A stretch of DNA of 34,697 nucleotides from Trypethelium eluteriae (GCA_051942245.1 JAVECL010000225.1:1-34697); one strand, 5' to 3'; positions 12,008-24,207 are shown, counted from the first letter of the stretch. Notes: generated by a model not told the origin, from the letters alone. Made by a program: numbers and translations.

Positions 12008-13618
12008 TTACACCGCAGGATCGGTGACGACGCTAGCAGAGAATTCGGCTCGCAACTCATCCGCCTCTGCGTGTCGATTCCATTCACGAAGCCACTTCTC
12101 ATACTCTGCTTTCAGCCAACATGAGAGTGCATCTCCTGAACCTAACAAGTGCACAGATTTCGCGAGACTTTGTCGAATCTTCTCTTCGGCGGATGTTTCG
12201 TTGTACATGTGTTTATGCAAAATAGCTTGCTGCTCCAGTGACCTAATTTCCCAATGCCCTTGCCCGGTTCCCGCTGTGTGAGTTGATATTTCTTCAAACA
12301 TGGTAATGGCCACCTCATACTTTTCCCGCATCCTCATTACAGTACCCAATCGATAAAGAGTCTTCTGATATGAGAAGTCTTCAGAGTGAGACGCGGCCAT
12401 CCGCACCAGCCTATCTCTCAATTGATCCTCAAGTCGCTGTAGTCCTCCAGGGTTGGGGCTGATTCGCAAACAAACTAAACGGACATCAACCGCTGACAGA
12501 TCGAACAAGTTATTCTGATTGAATATGTCGGCGAGAGATGCCAGGCAGTTTTCAATGACGGCAGAAAAGCTTATCTTCTCCAGTTCAACTTGTTCTAAGA
12601 AATGGAATATTCGACTCCAGCCATGACCTGGGCCAAGTAATCTAATCGAGAGCGCAGCCATATGTTTTCGTATCATGTCTACAAGCATTGAATCGCCGTA
12701 GTTGATGAATCTCAGTTCTTCCATGAGCAGTCTAGTCATGCTGTGTGGATTCTGTCCCTTTGCTATGGGTGTGCAGGCATCAAAAGCTTTAGAGAGCATG
12801 TATCTCATTTCGGGGAAAGATCTGGACTGCATGAGCTCTTTCGCTGTAGACATGGCGTCACAGAAAGGTCGTGGAACGTCGCTAAAAATGGAACTAGCTC
12901 TCGTGCTCAAGCAGTTTCCAAGCCCATCGTCATGCCAAAGACCCGAGTCAACTGCGCCATTCACGTAATCCTTTATGCTTCGGAAAATATGCTCCGGGAT
13001 TAGAAGCTTCTCAGGTGGCTGGAGAATTACTGGCATAGCGTTCGATGAAGATGACCCAAGTGAAACAGGGGACGGAGAGTTATGGGGAGTTGCGCAGGTA
13101 ATCCCCGGAGGTGTAGAGGGACATCCTTCTATAAAGTCGATAGCCGAGTCCGGATCTATTCCCTTTCTTTTGCAATATCGTACGATCTCATCGGAGTTAA
13201 CTTTTCTTCCCTTGACAAAGAAGACGGAGCGTTTCCCAACCGCATCTCGTTGCAGCTTTTTGCGTACGATGGTTTTCATGTTGTTTTCTCGGTTGTTTTT
13301 ATTGTCCAGGCCCCATGATTTGATACGAGATCTGTACATTTTGGCACTTTGCACAAGGATTCAGTGAAGAATTGTAAGAGAGATGAGACAGTTTGAAACT
13401 TACGTCCCCTTAAGGCCATAATCCTTCTCCATGACAGCCATGACATCTTTCAGTGGTCTGTCTTCATCTATCCAGAGGCGTTTGATGGTCTGCTTGTGCC
13501 CATGCCAGTCTCCGGGATTAGCCCAAGTTGCGGAAGAAACCTGCGCGGCGTTTGAGGATGCTAACTGGATCGGGATACCTCCAAAGAGCCGGCTCTTTAT
13601 TTGATTGGGGGAAGACAT
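12008..13618 (-). CDS. Clr5-domain protein with helical (TPR-like) C-terminus; exons 13618-13404, 13346-12008 (~517 aa)
   Basis: Spliced sequence DWHGHKQTIKRLWIDEDRPLKDVMAVMEKDYGLKGT|AKMYRSRIKSWGLDNKN matches the fungal Clr5 N-terminal domain pattern. GTAAGT donor at 13403 and AAG acceptor at 13347. Confidence 0.82.
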
Positions 13619-15962
13619 TTTGAGCACAGCAGTCACAAGAGTGATCAACGTTGAATGGTAGAGCTTGCGCAGCTGTAAGACAAAGCACAGAGACTATCAG
13701 TATTCGATGATGAGTTCAACTATTTGTCAAGGCCGGTGTCCAACATCACCTATACGTATTGTAGATGAGGCTGAGGTTTGCGAGCCGATATAAATGCCGT
13801 GCATCATGGATCAGAGCGGTTAAGCTGAAGCTGAAGCTGAAGCACCAGAATGCCAATAAAAGGGGCGTGCGGATCTTAGCACTAGCCAATTATGATGTTG
13901 GCCTCTTCAACGAGTTGGCATGCTGGGCATGGTGATGCACGTAAACGCTCGTTGCCTAAAGTACTGCCTTTGAAATTGCTCGCGGGTACTCTGTACCTAT
14001 CTAGGTAGGTAGGTACGGCAGGTATAGGCAGGATGCAGGTGGGAGGTACGCAACACTACTAGCTACCTACCTAAGGTATGATCTAGTAAGGTACCTAATT
14101 TCTAGGCCCTCGTGGCCCCCACTGCACCCCCTCCCGCACCAACAATGCGGGGTGGCGGGACCGAATGCACATAACAGCCTGCATACAGGTACCCATACAA
14201 ACACGAGTGCCATCATAGCAACGTGAATCACCTTCCCATCTTCAAAGTCTAGAGCTATAAAGAAATCCATCCATAGTAAGAATTACATGTAACCCACAAA
14301 GCTATTTAGGAGAAACAGGAGTGGCATGAATAGAATTAGTAGAGATAAGCTCAGAGGCATCAATAACTAGAGGCATTTTGAAATAAAGCAGGAGCTTAAG
14401 CATAGCGTCAACGTCCGTGAGGACGCTTAGCAGCAGCGCTGTATTTCAGCAGGAAGGAGATAACCAACCTTTCCAGAGGCATCTTAAGTGAATGAAGTAT
14501 TGCGCTTCAATCGCCTGGATCTCTATCATCTAAAGTCATAATCATCTATCCGATCGATCAGCATGATGTCGAGAAATATGGCTGCAGTCTTGTGGCATGG
14601 TGTTGAGAAGGGTTTGACCGTGCACGAGATAGCACCGTCGACAAGGTGGCCCAAACTCGTACGGTGCCCCGCTAATTGAATCCTGCATTACTCTAATGCA
14701 TACTCTAATGCATGGACATTTTGTTCGACCTCATGTCCAAATTAGTCACTTCCCTGCCCTGCCTTCTCGCTATATCTGGTATAGGCCTTGACTCTGAAAC
14801 ACAACTCTCGGCATGACCGGCGTCAGCTCGCCATCTTGATGATGATATCCTGCATTCAATGTACGAATCGTTCTGTGGCTCTATCGAGCCGATCCTTCAT
14901 CGACCTCCATTCGGCAGGCTACCATGTGCTCACCTTGTCAGAGCCTCTAGCACTTCATGCATGGACATTTTGCTCGGCCAATCCTGTTGGGACGACCATG
15001 TCGCAGGCCTACTGCTGCTGAAGTGACAGAGCCTTCGCCCCATGCAGGGAGTTACTCTTTAAGAGTTGATCCTATGTCAAGCCCAACTTTGCACCTCTAA
15101 GAAGAATTAATCCGGCTGATATCGCCGGCTGGATGCGTAGTGCTGTAGCCTAGGCTTCAAGAAGGCACCATAAACAGTGTGCTACCCTTGCTGCTTGTTC
15201 TGTGACGTGCAGGAAGTTGCGCCTCAACCAAGAGACCAAGCATAGCCGGTCTCCCTCCATCATACATCAAGACCTTGTCGCAGAATGTAAGGCTGCAGAG
15301 GGTACCGGCTCTCGACGTCTGGGGTGGCCTCTGGCGGCTATTTTCGCCCTTGCGATGATGGAGCCAGCATGAATAACATAAGTAATGGGTAAGAACCCTT
15401 CGAGATGATAACATTTCATAGTCTTTTCTCCTTCAGACTTGTAATTCTCAACGCTTTCCATCTTACATCTAGTCATTCTTCTGCGTTCGAGGTACCAATG
15501 CTCCGACATGGTACAAATTCTCTTCCTCCAGTGAACGTAGCACGCTATATCTCCTCAGTGAACCTACTCAAGGTAAATACCCATTCACTGTCACGATTGC
15601 AACCACAGTAACTAAAGGCATTAGACACCATCTCATCATTATGCTTCTCGCTCCCAACAACATGCCAAAAGAACAGGGGACAGCACAAATCAACGCTGCT
15701 AGCACCGTCCTGACTTTCGGTGACGCTACCACAGACAGTTCCCAGTGCGAAGCCGCTCAGCAAGCTTCAGGACCCAAAGTGAGAGATCGGAGTGGAGGGT
15801 GCAATAGCAATCGGCCCAAAGAAGAGGGCTCGCACTGTCTTCAAAGATGGCGCGATGAGCAGTCAGAAGATCCGTGGAGTAGCGTTAATCGCCGCAATAC
15901 CAGCGGCGAGCAAACAGGCGCTCCAGCACTGTGCGCCATGTTGTGCGACATGTGCGCCGGTG

Positions 15963-16233
15963 TAGAAAAGTGAATCTGGCTCTTTGAGCGTATAGTCTCG
16001 AAATATTCAGATCCTCTTGGCGGCAGGAACCTTTGTTAAAGATTAGAATCGAAGCTAATACTTAGAATTGATCAATTGCCCAGAGCCGAGTGAAAAACAA
16101 TCGTTCAAGCCATCCATAAAAGGCTCATGCAAGCCATTATACAGAGGAACAACCTTTGAACTTGGGGCACATAGGAAACGGCTGCTGTCCTGATGGTAAC
16201 GGCTAAGGTTTTGTCTTGGAAGAGGGAATATGG
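15963..16233 (-). pseudogene. Decayed fragment of a FAD2-like desaturase, paralog of the gene at 20861-22268
   Basis: Minus strand reads YSLFQDKTLAVTIRTAAVSYVPQVQ / *WLA*AFYGWLERLFFTRLW | 49-nt intron relic | V / PPRGSEYFETIRSK. The intact gene reads FSLFQDMALAILIMRAAFLFVPQIQSVPVRWLAWAFYGWIEGLIFTGLW|V...PPRESEYFKTLWSK. 15994-16023 matches 21684-21713 at 28/30 nt. Confidence 0.9.
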
Positions 16234-16275
16234 AGCCCCTCCCTGTGAGAAGGATCTGCTGTTAACATCCAAAAT

Positions 16276-16686
16276 CGTGGAGAAGCTGTGTATGCATCAT
16301 GAGCTCAGCGGAAAATGCTGCGCCGTAAGCTAAAGTAATCATCTAGGGTGCAAGGCACGCAGTTGCAACGCGTCATTTCTGGGAAAGATGACGGACCGTG
16401 CATGTCATCTGTTTTCGCATGCATACCTATGTAACGTCCTGTGTGCTAACGCGGCATGCCAATGGGAGGGTAACCCAGCAAGGTACAGGAACGGCGTCGA
16501 TAGCGTGCTTGTATGGTAATGTTAGAGATGTACCGGATGGGGTCAGTGAGCAGAGCTTGCGAGCAACCTGTGGGGACGATCAATAATGCTTCATCGTAAG
16601 TCACGTACAAAGAGTGCAATCCATATCGGATGAGTGACGAAGGAAAGGCTGGCAAATGAGAAACGATCAGACGCAACTCTGCATAT
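16276..16686. repeat. Non-coding repeat block B, copy 1 (direct repeat of 26266-26676)
   Basis: Collinear shared words CGTGGAGAAGCTG, ATGCTGCGCCGTAAGCTAA, CGTGCATGTCATCTG, TTTCGCATGCAT, GTACCGGATG, CTGTGGGGACGA, AATAATGCTTCATC, TGAGAAAC. Confidence 0.92.
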
Positions 16687-16934
16687 ATGAATTATGCATT
16701 GCATAAGAATAGGTATTGATCTAAAAGACGTTCATAAAGATGAATTCTTTAAGACTCCTGGTTGCAAGAGAGCCGTACAAGATTGAAAGGGAGGTGTCGA
16801 CTTAATAGACGTTCAAGGGCAGGAACGTAATATGGCTACCCTAGACTTGTCTAGACCCTTGAATCTGATTGCACAGCAGTGTTCGAGTCTATAGCACGAT
16901 CATCCATCTAAACGTATAATTAGTATGTATATAA

Positions 16935-18339
16935 TCAGAGTAGTGGGAGGTAGCAAGTTGTGCTTACCCTAGAGGAGTCCATAGATTTTGCAGAATGCAT
17001 TCTGTCAAAGTTACTGGGATTGGGCGGAACATCTTTAAGTGCTAGCCCGTCCTCGTCCTTCTTCACTGATTCAATGCGCCGAGTTATTTGCAAAGAGCTA
17101 TTCATGCGAAGGTTGTCAATGAAACTCTGTATTCCGGTCATCGTTCCTTTGAGTATACCCGGGCGCTCCTCTTCGCCTTCAGCAGATCCCTTGTTTTCAC
17201 AATTGACCTTATCCGTCTTGTTTATAGTGGAACTCTTTGAGAATAGCATGCGTAAGTGCTTCATAGCTTGGCTGCTCCAGGTGTAACGGTTTCACTCGAT
17301 ATCCCGTTCTCTGTCCTCTTGTGCCTTTCTTCTCGCAACAAAGAGCACGCGGAATGCCGTTATCGCTGTCAGGATGATTCCAACCTCGGCTGCAGTGAGT
17401 TGCCAAAAATTCACCCATATCGCGTCAAGCTTCCCGTGGTACTGCATTCCTACCGCTCGAACGACAGTGAAAACGATTGTGACTATTGTCAAACACAAGG
17501 AACACGCAAGGGCGACTTTTTGTGTCCACCGAATACGAATCCTCCAAATGAGGTATGCAGGAATGATGAGAACTACACCCGATTGAGTCTTTCTTTTGTT
17601 TGCTGATGATTGAATATTTCAGGATACCACTTACTCATGAAGTCTCCAAATATATCTAAAACCATCTGAGAGATCGTATAGCTCACAGCGTTTTTTAGGT
17701 CCTCTCCATATTCGCATTGTACTATACTTCCAATTAGTAATCGCTTCATGAGTTCTTCTGCAAAACCCCATTGGAGAGTTAATACGTACTACTTTTTATG
17801 CTGTGGAAATGTGGGCAGCTTAGGAACCAAACTGATATTCCATACACTATTACCACAATATTAAACATCAAAACTACCCGCCAGTACAGCACAAGGCCCG
17901 GTATTGGGTCAACCAGCTTTTTGAACAGCGCTAGAAAACTCATCTTCACCGAGCTAACAGCCAGCCAAGCAAGAATCTGGCTCACAACTATTATCTTTTG
18001 GTAGTAGTAAATGCGTTCGAGAAAATCGTCTGGTGGCACGGCGTTCAAGCCCAAAAGAGTGGCTTCGTCCATGTACATTGAATCAGCTACGGTGAGCAGG
18101 AGCGCGTTGGCGACGACCACGGAACAAAGGCCGAGAAGTAAGAATCCGTCGTCGATGCCAAACTCATGATGTACATAAACTCGAATGCAGAAGCGGGCGC
18201 AGGTGCTCACAATTCCAAGCGCCAGAAGTACCAAAGTTGTGAGCTAGTCGTGGTCAGCTTGATCGAGTTATGAATTGAGACGCGCAAGTACGGTTAAGGC
18301 GTCTTTTGGAATTCGACCTGCGGTATCATAAATGTGCAT
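16935..18339 (-). CDS. PTH11-like rhodopsin-domain integral membrane protein (no CFEM); exons 18339-18292, 18243-17790, 17721-17635, 17572-(17292/16935); in-frame TGA at 17294-17292
   Basis: ARFCIRVY..FGIDDGFLL, VKMSFLALFKKL, LDIFGDFMILIIPAYLIWRIRIRWTQK, AEVGIILTAITAFRVLF; about seven hydrophobic segments; three canonical introns. ~289 aa to the first stop and ~408 aa to the second. Confidence 0.88.
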
Positions 18340-19443
18340 CGTGAAGAAGATTGTTTCTTGATCAATCACGATGCTTGTTTCAGATATTAGGGAATGCTCG
18401 AGGGGTAAAGCTAGATTCTTTCTCGGTGCCAACACTCCTCCAGACATCCAAATAGTATCCTAATCCATTGATCTACTTCTGGGCATGCGGTGAAGCTGAG
18501 AGCTAGGTCTGACAACTCGCTGCCTGGATAAGCTGGAAGAGCCGGAAGCTGCAGCACTTCCTCAACCGAGAAGAGGGCCAAGGATAAAGACGCCATTCCG
18601 GTCAGCTTCCTGAAACTAGTCCGCGAGCCGCATGGTCTTTACGAGAGGATGCGTAGGAAAGCACCAAGGTGATGAAGGAGTCTTCCTCTCTATTCGAGTT
18701 CATCATTCTGAAGCGCTCAGCAAATGATAGAGTAGGACATGAACGGGCCAGACATGGAATCAAGGCACCCAGGCGCTCAGAGTCAGATATCGCCCACCCG
18801 GACCAAACATCGTCTGCCTAGAAGGCAGACGAGAGGATCCATAGAAGCGGCCACCGATTTTTGTGATGTTGTCAGCTGTGGTGCAGCCACGTCCGTGCAA
18901 TAACAGAATTTCTTAGAGCGGGGTTAACCTAATGCAGGAGAATGGCAAAGTAAAAAATGCTGACAACGTAATAAGACCTCATTGGCGACGCTACACCGTA
19001 TCCCTTCCATGCTCTCGAGAGTATGCCAGGCACGAATGTCTTTTGCATGCATTTACGAGACGCAGAAAGCGATGCTGCAACGCAAAAGTAATTGAGTTTA
19101 TTGAAGCTTTTGGAAGATAATATTACTGCGAGTGATTCACAATGTCAAAAAAGCTCGAGCTTGGGCTCTCGTGGCCGTTAATCGAATTTGCTGTACGCGC
19201 TCGATACTATCATTGTTTTCTTCTCTTTGAGACACGAACATGCTCCTCCCAACAAATGATACCGGCGCAGATAGTTATTTGGCACAGGCGGCAATCTGAT
19301 CTCGACTATGGTGGACACTCCTCGAGTCGCCTAGATCGAACATTGGATGACTTTTCGGCGAGTGGTTGACATGCACAATCGCCTTCTTGTATTGCGCGCT
19401 TTCGATCGACCGACTCGGCAATGACACAATCGAGCACAACCGT

Positions 19444-19980
19444 GCACAATCGTGCGGTCTGGCCACAGGGCAGTCAAATCCATGAACTTGATTGGGAAAT
19501 GATCCTTTCGTTTTGAAGGGCTGTGTGTAAGCCTGAGATATTTAAGGGAGAAAGACACGATGCACAGGGCTGATCGTGGGGAATGGGCTTTTGCCCAGAA
19601 TTGATGAGACTGGTGAAACCGGAGGGAAAGTGGAGAGACTAGCTGCAGCTCGATGCATTGCATGATAAGAGAACGCATACGGTACCGAATCTGGACCTCA
19701 TCAACCACTGACAGGTTGCAGGAGGTGGTGGGGATGGTTGCTGGAGCCTAGAATGCATCCTCCGAGCTGTCTGCTAGCTGATAGACGCCCCACGAAGTTC
19801 ACTGGACAGAAGACTCAGCCTGAAAAACAAATATAGTGGCGAAGCATATCAAGCCAAGCGATTTGTGGTGACCAGATCTTACTTGGTGCCACCAATGCAT
19901 GCTGAGCTGAGGTAACAACCTTTTCGGGGTCTTGCGTGAAGTCTTAGAGTAGGCGGTGTTGCCTGCTGAGAGCCAGGCAC
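19444..19980. repeat. Non-coding repeat block A, copy 1 (direct repeat of 22693-23269)
   Basis: Collinear shared words GCAC(A/G)ATCGTGCG, ATCCATGAA, GAGAACGCAT, ACTGACAGGTTG, TGCATCCTC, CAATGCATGCTG, CAACCTTTTCGGGGTCTT(T)GCGTGAAGTCTTA. Confidence 0.9.
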
Positions 19981-20860
19981 GCTAAGGCATGCTAGTGAAG
20001 CCATTTCGGGATTAGCGGTCTCCTGCTCCTCCGAGCTTACTCCGTACCGCAGATTCCGATTCAGATTGATTGATTTGGATACAGAGACCTGCCTATATCA
20101 TGTCTTGACCTCGAATTTTTTACTAATTCTAAACATATCTGAATGTTGATGTCCAAATATCCGATGCGTCCGTTATCGTAGTTCGGACCTTGAAGCTTTC
20201 AGTCGAAAGTTGACTTTTCTCCACACCTAAGTACCGAGCCGCGATATATTCGGGAGACAACGTACCTCTCACTTCGCACTGTCGGAGTGTGGCTCAAGGA
20301 AATTGCAGCAAATCCCACCTCCTGATAGTACAAGGTGCCTCTTCCGCAAGAGCCATTTGCGTATCAGTCCAAGTGGGGTCAATCGATTTGAGAACTTGGG
20401 AAGGAAGGACAAGGATCGATCCATGAGCTCCAAGGGCATTGCGAGCATGACCGATTGTAGAATGACTCGAGAGTCTCGTTAGCCTCTTGGTTCGTAGTAC
20501 CGAGATAACACTACGTATAACTTCAAGTAAAACATATGAATGCTCTCCGAAACTAGCATGAGGTTCAAATCGCTGTAATTCGGAGACGCAGTATGAGGCA
20601 TTAAATCTAGCTACGTCACGTATAAATTTAACAACCCGATATCGATTGGTACGGCGATGTTGGTAGCGTTTCATTGTTTACCAACCGTCGAGCAAGGAAT
20701 ACGCAGAAGAGACACTCTGCAAGAGCGTGCGGGTTGAGACAAAGGAAGAAATCAGCCCATTTCAGGCCTCAGAAGGGACACAGCGAGCGGATACATCCAT
20801 GAAGTCTGGTACGAGGCCTCTGCGCAAAAGGTCTGCGCTCTGGTTCTAATTCTAATCTCT

Positions 20861-22268
20861 TTACCAAATCTTGAGTAGCCACCCTTTCCTTGTCATACTA
20901 TACTCTGGAGGGGGGGAAGGCCCACTTTTATACCACAGAGCTTGATCTTTAGGGCTGGTCGCCTCGTCCGCCTCCACGTACTGACACTTTGTGAAACTTT
21001 CCCATAGACCTGGCAAGAATCGACGATCTTTGTCGCAGTGATAGGCATCGCCTAAGACTGGAATTATAGCTTGGGTCGCCTCTTCACGATGGTAGAAGGG
21101 TATATGACTAGATGACGAATGAGACGGATCCCCGGCTCGAAATGGATCGTATCAATAACACTTACGGGAATAGATGGTGGACGACATGGAACTCGATAAT
21201 ACCGTGAAATAAATACCTCCCAATAGGCCCGAATTCTCGATCAACTGTGGCGGCTGCGCCCTTTACAAAATTCCATGCTTCAGGCTCGTATTTTGGTAAA
21301 TCTGGATGAGTATGATGCAGATATGTGATTGCAACAAACCAATGGTTCACCCAGAAGTAGGGCTGTAGATATAGTAGCATAGTTGTGCCTGAACCGATTT
21401 GTCGACCGGTAAAGTATAGAGCGGCAGCCATAGCTACTAGACCCAAATCAGAACAAAGCACCAGGTATGCTTCCTCTGGTCTGAATAACGATCCAGTAGG
21501 GTCTAAATGGCCATTTCCAAGCCATCTTTTTGACTTCGGCCGGTGTAAGCTTGTAGGACTCGCAGTAATGTTAGTGAGGAGATAAGTCGGCATTCCTAGT
21601 AGCTGCTGCAAAAGAATTCGTAGAAAGGTGACTGCGGGGACATCTTCAGCAAGATCTTCAACCCTTTGGACCTTAGACCACAGAGTCTTGAAATATTCAG
21701 ATTCTCTTGGCGGGACATAATTATGATCAAAATTCATGTTGTTGGCATACAAATGGTGCCTTCGGTGGGTTGATTGCCAAGAGAAGTAAGGAACCATCAA
21801 AGCAGAATGCAATACAAAGCCAAAAAAATTGTTCATGTATTTTGACGGAAATAATGCCCCGTGGCCGCACTCATGAGCTAAAACCTTTGCCATGGATTAG
21901 TATTGACTTTGAACTTTGGATTCGAGCAAATACCCAGAGCCCAGTGAAAATCAATCCTTCAATCCAGCCATAGAAGGCCCATGCGAGCCATCGTACAGGA
22001 ACACTCTGAATTTGGGGCACAAACAGAAAGGCTGCTCTCATAATGAGGATGGCCAAGGCCATGTCTTGAAAGAGGGAAAATGAGGATCTGATATAAGATG
22101 ATTTGAAACACCTAGGCGGAATTGCCTTCTTTAGTTCATCAATACGGATATCACTTGGTCCCTATCAGGACCCATTCAGTCTTCATGATCTCGACTGGGT
22201 AAGGTCAAGAGTATACATACATCTTTAGCAGCCACTTCTGCGGGATGGGAATTGTAATTCAGAGCCAT
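20861..22268 (-). CDS. Membrane fatty acid desaturase, Delta-12/FAD2 (omega-6/omega-3) family; exons 22268-22221, 22161-21934, 21884-21166, 21107-20861 (~413 aa)
   Basis: LKKAIPPRCF; three His boxes HECGH, HRRHH and HVVHH; VNHWFVAITYLHHTHP, GAAATVDR, IPFYH. Three introns keep the frame (1242 nt). Confidence 0.95.
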
Positions 22269-22692
22269 GCCGGATAATGCAAGGCACACAAGATATGTCT
22301 AGTGAGTTAAGTTCAAGGGCAGATTCCAGATAACAAGCGTGGCTTTGCTGGATTCCGGAAACGTCCTCAGCTAACTTACAGATGAAAAGGCCAAGGTCGA
22401 GAAAGTGATATTTGAGGGGTATATATACCAAGGCTCCAATTCGTGAGCAAAGCCCTTCTGTAAGCAAGTGTAGGAAAGAGGGCAAATCAACACCACACGT
22501 TATGTTGATTGGATGGGTATTGCCGCCATTGTTAGAGACACGGTACTTCGAAATCTTTAAAGTCTATGATAGAACAAGATTTGGCTGCATTGCACCTCGG
22601 AGCAATAGCCAGTACTGGTATCATGTGGATCGTCTAGGATAGTCTAGCTGTGTAGACTGCATGGGCTAGCGGATGATCGGGCTACCGTATGA

Positions 22693-23269
22693 GCACGATC
22701 GTGCGATCAGTCCATACCTATGACAATCAGATCCATGAATTTGTTGGAAAATGGTCCTTTCATTTGCTAAAGCCTGTGGGTAAGCCCGTAACATCTGATT
22801 GAGTGAGAAATGATATGCACGGCCGATCAAACGGGACCCGCCTTGTCCAAAAATGATGAAACTGGGTGAAGCTGCAGGGAAGGTTGAGAGAGTAGCTGCC
22901 ACTCGATGAACTAGATGATGAGAGAACGCATGTAGCACCGACTCTACGCCTCGTTAATTACTGACAGGTTGTAAAAGGGGTGGGATCAGGTGCTGGAACT
23001 TAGATCGTGCATCCTCTGAGCTGCCTGCCTGCTAGCCGATAGACAGCCTACGATATTCACCGTACGGAAGACTTAGAATAGCCTGAAGAAGAATCCCAGT
23101 GCCGAAGCATGTTGGACTAAGAGCTTTGTGGTAACCATTTTCTACTTAGTGCTAACAATGCATGCTGCGTCAAAGCAGCAACCTTTTCGGGGTCTTTGCG
23201 TGAAGTCTTATTTACCTCAGAGTATTCCGCACTCGCTAGGCAGTGTTGCCTACGAAAGACCAGGGCAAG
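22693..23269. repeat. Non-coding repeat block A, copy 2 (upstream of the desaturase)
   Basis: Collinear with 19444-19980; lies ~0.4-1.0 kb 5' of the desaturase ATG. Confidence 0.9.
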
Positions 23270-24207
23270 TGGAGCCTCGGCCGGTCGCTGGCGTGACACT
23301 AACTACATGGAGGAAGTGCTTTCAACCTCAAGTCGCAATCTAGGCATCCACTTGTTGGTCGTCATAACGAGGTCTCGAGAAGAATACAAAATTTACCATA
23401 CTTTCCAAGGTAGATGATGCACGGGACGGGCACTAGTCGTCGCTACCGTCTCCTACAGTAGGAAGCGATCGGCCATGCCTGATACACCTACGTATCCCAC
23501 CACCCCACCCTTGTTTTGTGACGTGCCTCGGCAGGAATTGCGGCACGGCACGCTCGACAGTAGTTAGTTTTCTCACAAGCATCCGACTAACCGAGATCTT
23601 ACAGATACCTTACCACACTCTACCTAGTAAGTTGGTCTCTGAATTTTCGCTAGGTATGTCCTTGCCAGGTAACAATGCATTGAATGACCCTGCACGCTGG
23701 GGAACAAGATGCAAGGTCTCTCTCTGATTGAGGAGACAATATGCCGTGATAAATGATCTCATTGACCTGCTTGATTGGAATTTCTGCCGGATAATGGATT
23801 GACCATTCAGTCTTTGAGGAAATTTGTGGATAGACGATCCTCAATGTCATCGCGCCGATTGGCTTATGATGACTTTTCTCCTTTTTCATCCCGATATAGG
23901 TACAATGCTTTGGATGCATTCAAATCAAGAGTTTAAGAGTGCACAGTTACTTGGTATTCTGTACTAAAATCGACTGTTGCTCCCAGAAAATGAGTAAAAA
24001 GATACCCTTACACGCACTCTGATGTCCCCTGCTCCATGAATAAGTACCAGAAGCTTAGGAGATATGTTACAAGTTTCTACAGGCTCTCTTTGAGCTTCAT
24101 CCTTCTTGCCAATTCTACACTTTGATTGATTTGTTGAGAGATCCAGGAAAAATGATCATCTCGGCCTTTAAACCATCGAGACTGCACAGCATCACAGAGA
24201 GTGCGAA

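Noticed and set aside
13823..14015. GCTGAA x3 and TAGG x3 microsatellites
   Set aside because: Short simple repeats, common in fungal intergenic DNA; not telomeric or CRISPR-like.
15641..15973. 110-aa plus-strand ORF
   Set aside because: No motif, no splice support, and it abuts the desaturase relic on the opposite strand.
16811..16822. 12-bp match GTTCAAGGGCAG to 22311-22322
   Set aside because: It does not extend on either side; matches of this length are expected by chance in 35 kb.
19025..19981. GCCAGGCACG direct repeat as a possible target-site duplication
   Set aside because: No terminal inverted repeats or element features lie inside, and the right copy is part of block A.
20294..20674. 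126-aa minus-strand ORF downstream of the desaturase
   Set aside because: No recognisable domain; likely a chance ORF in spacer DNA.
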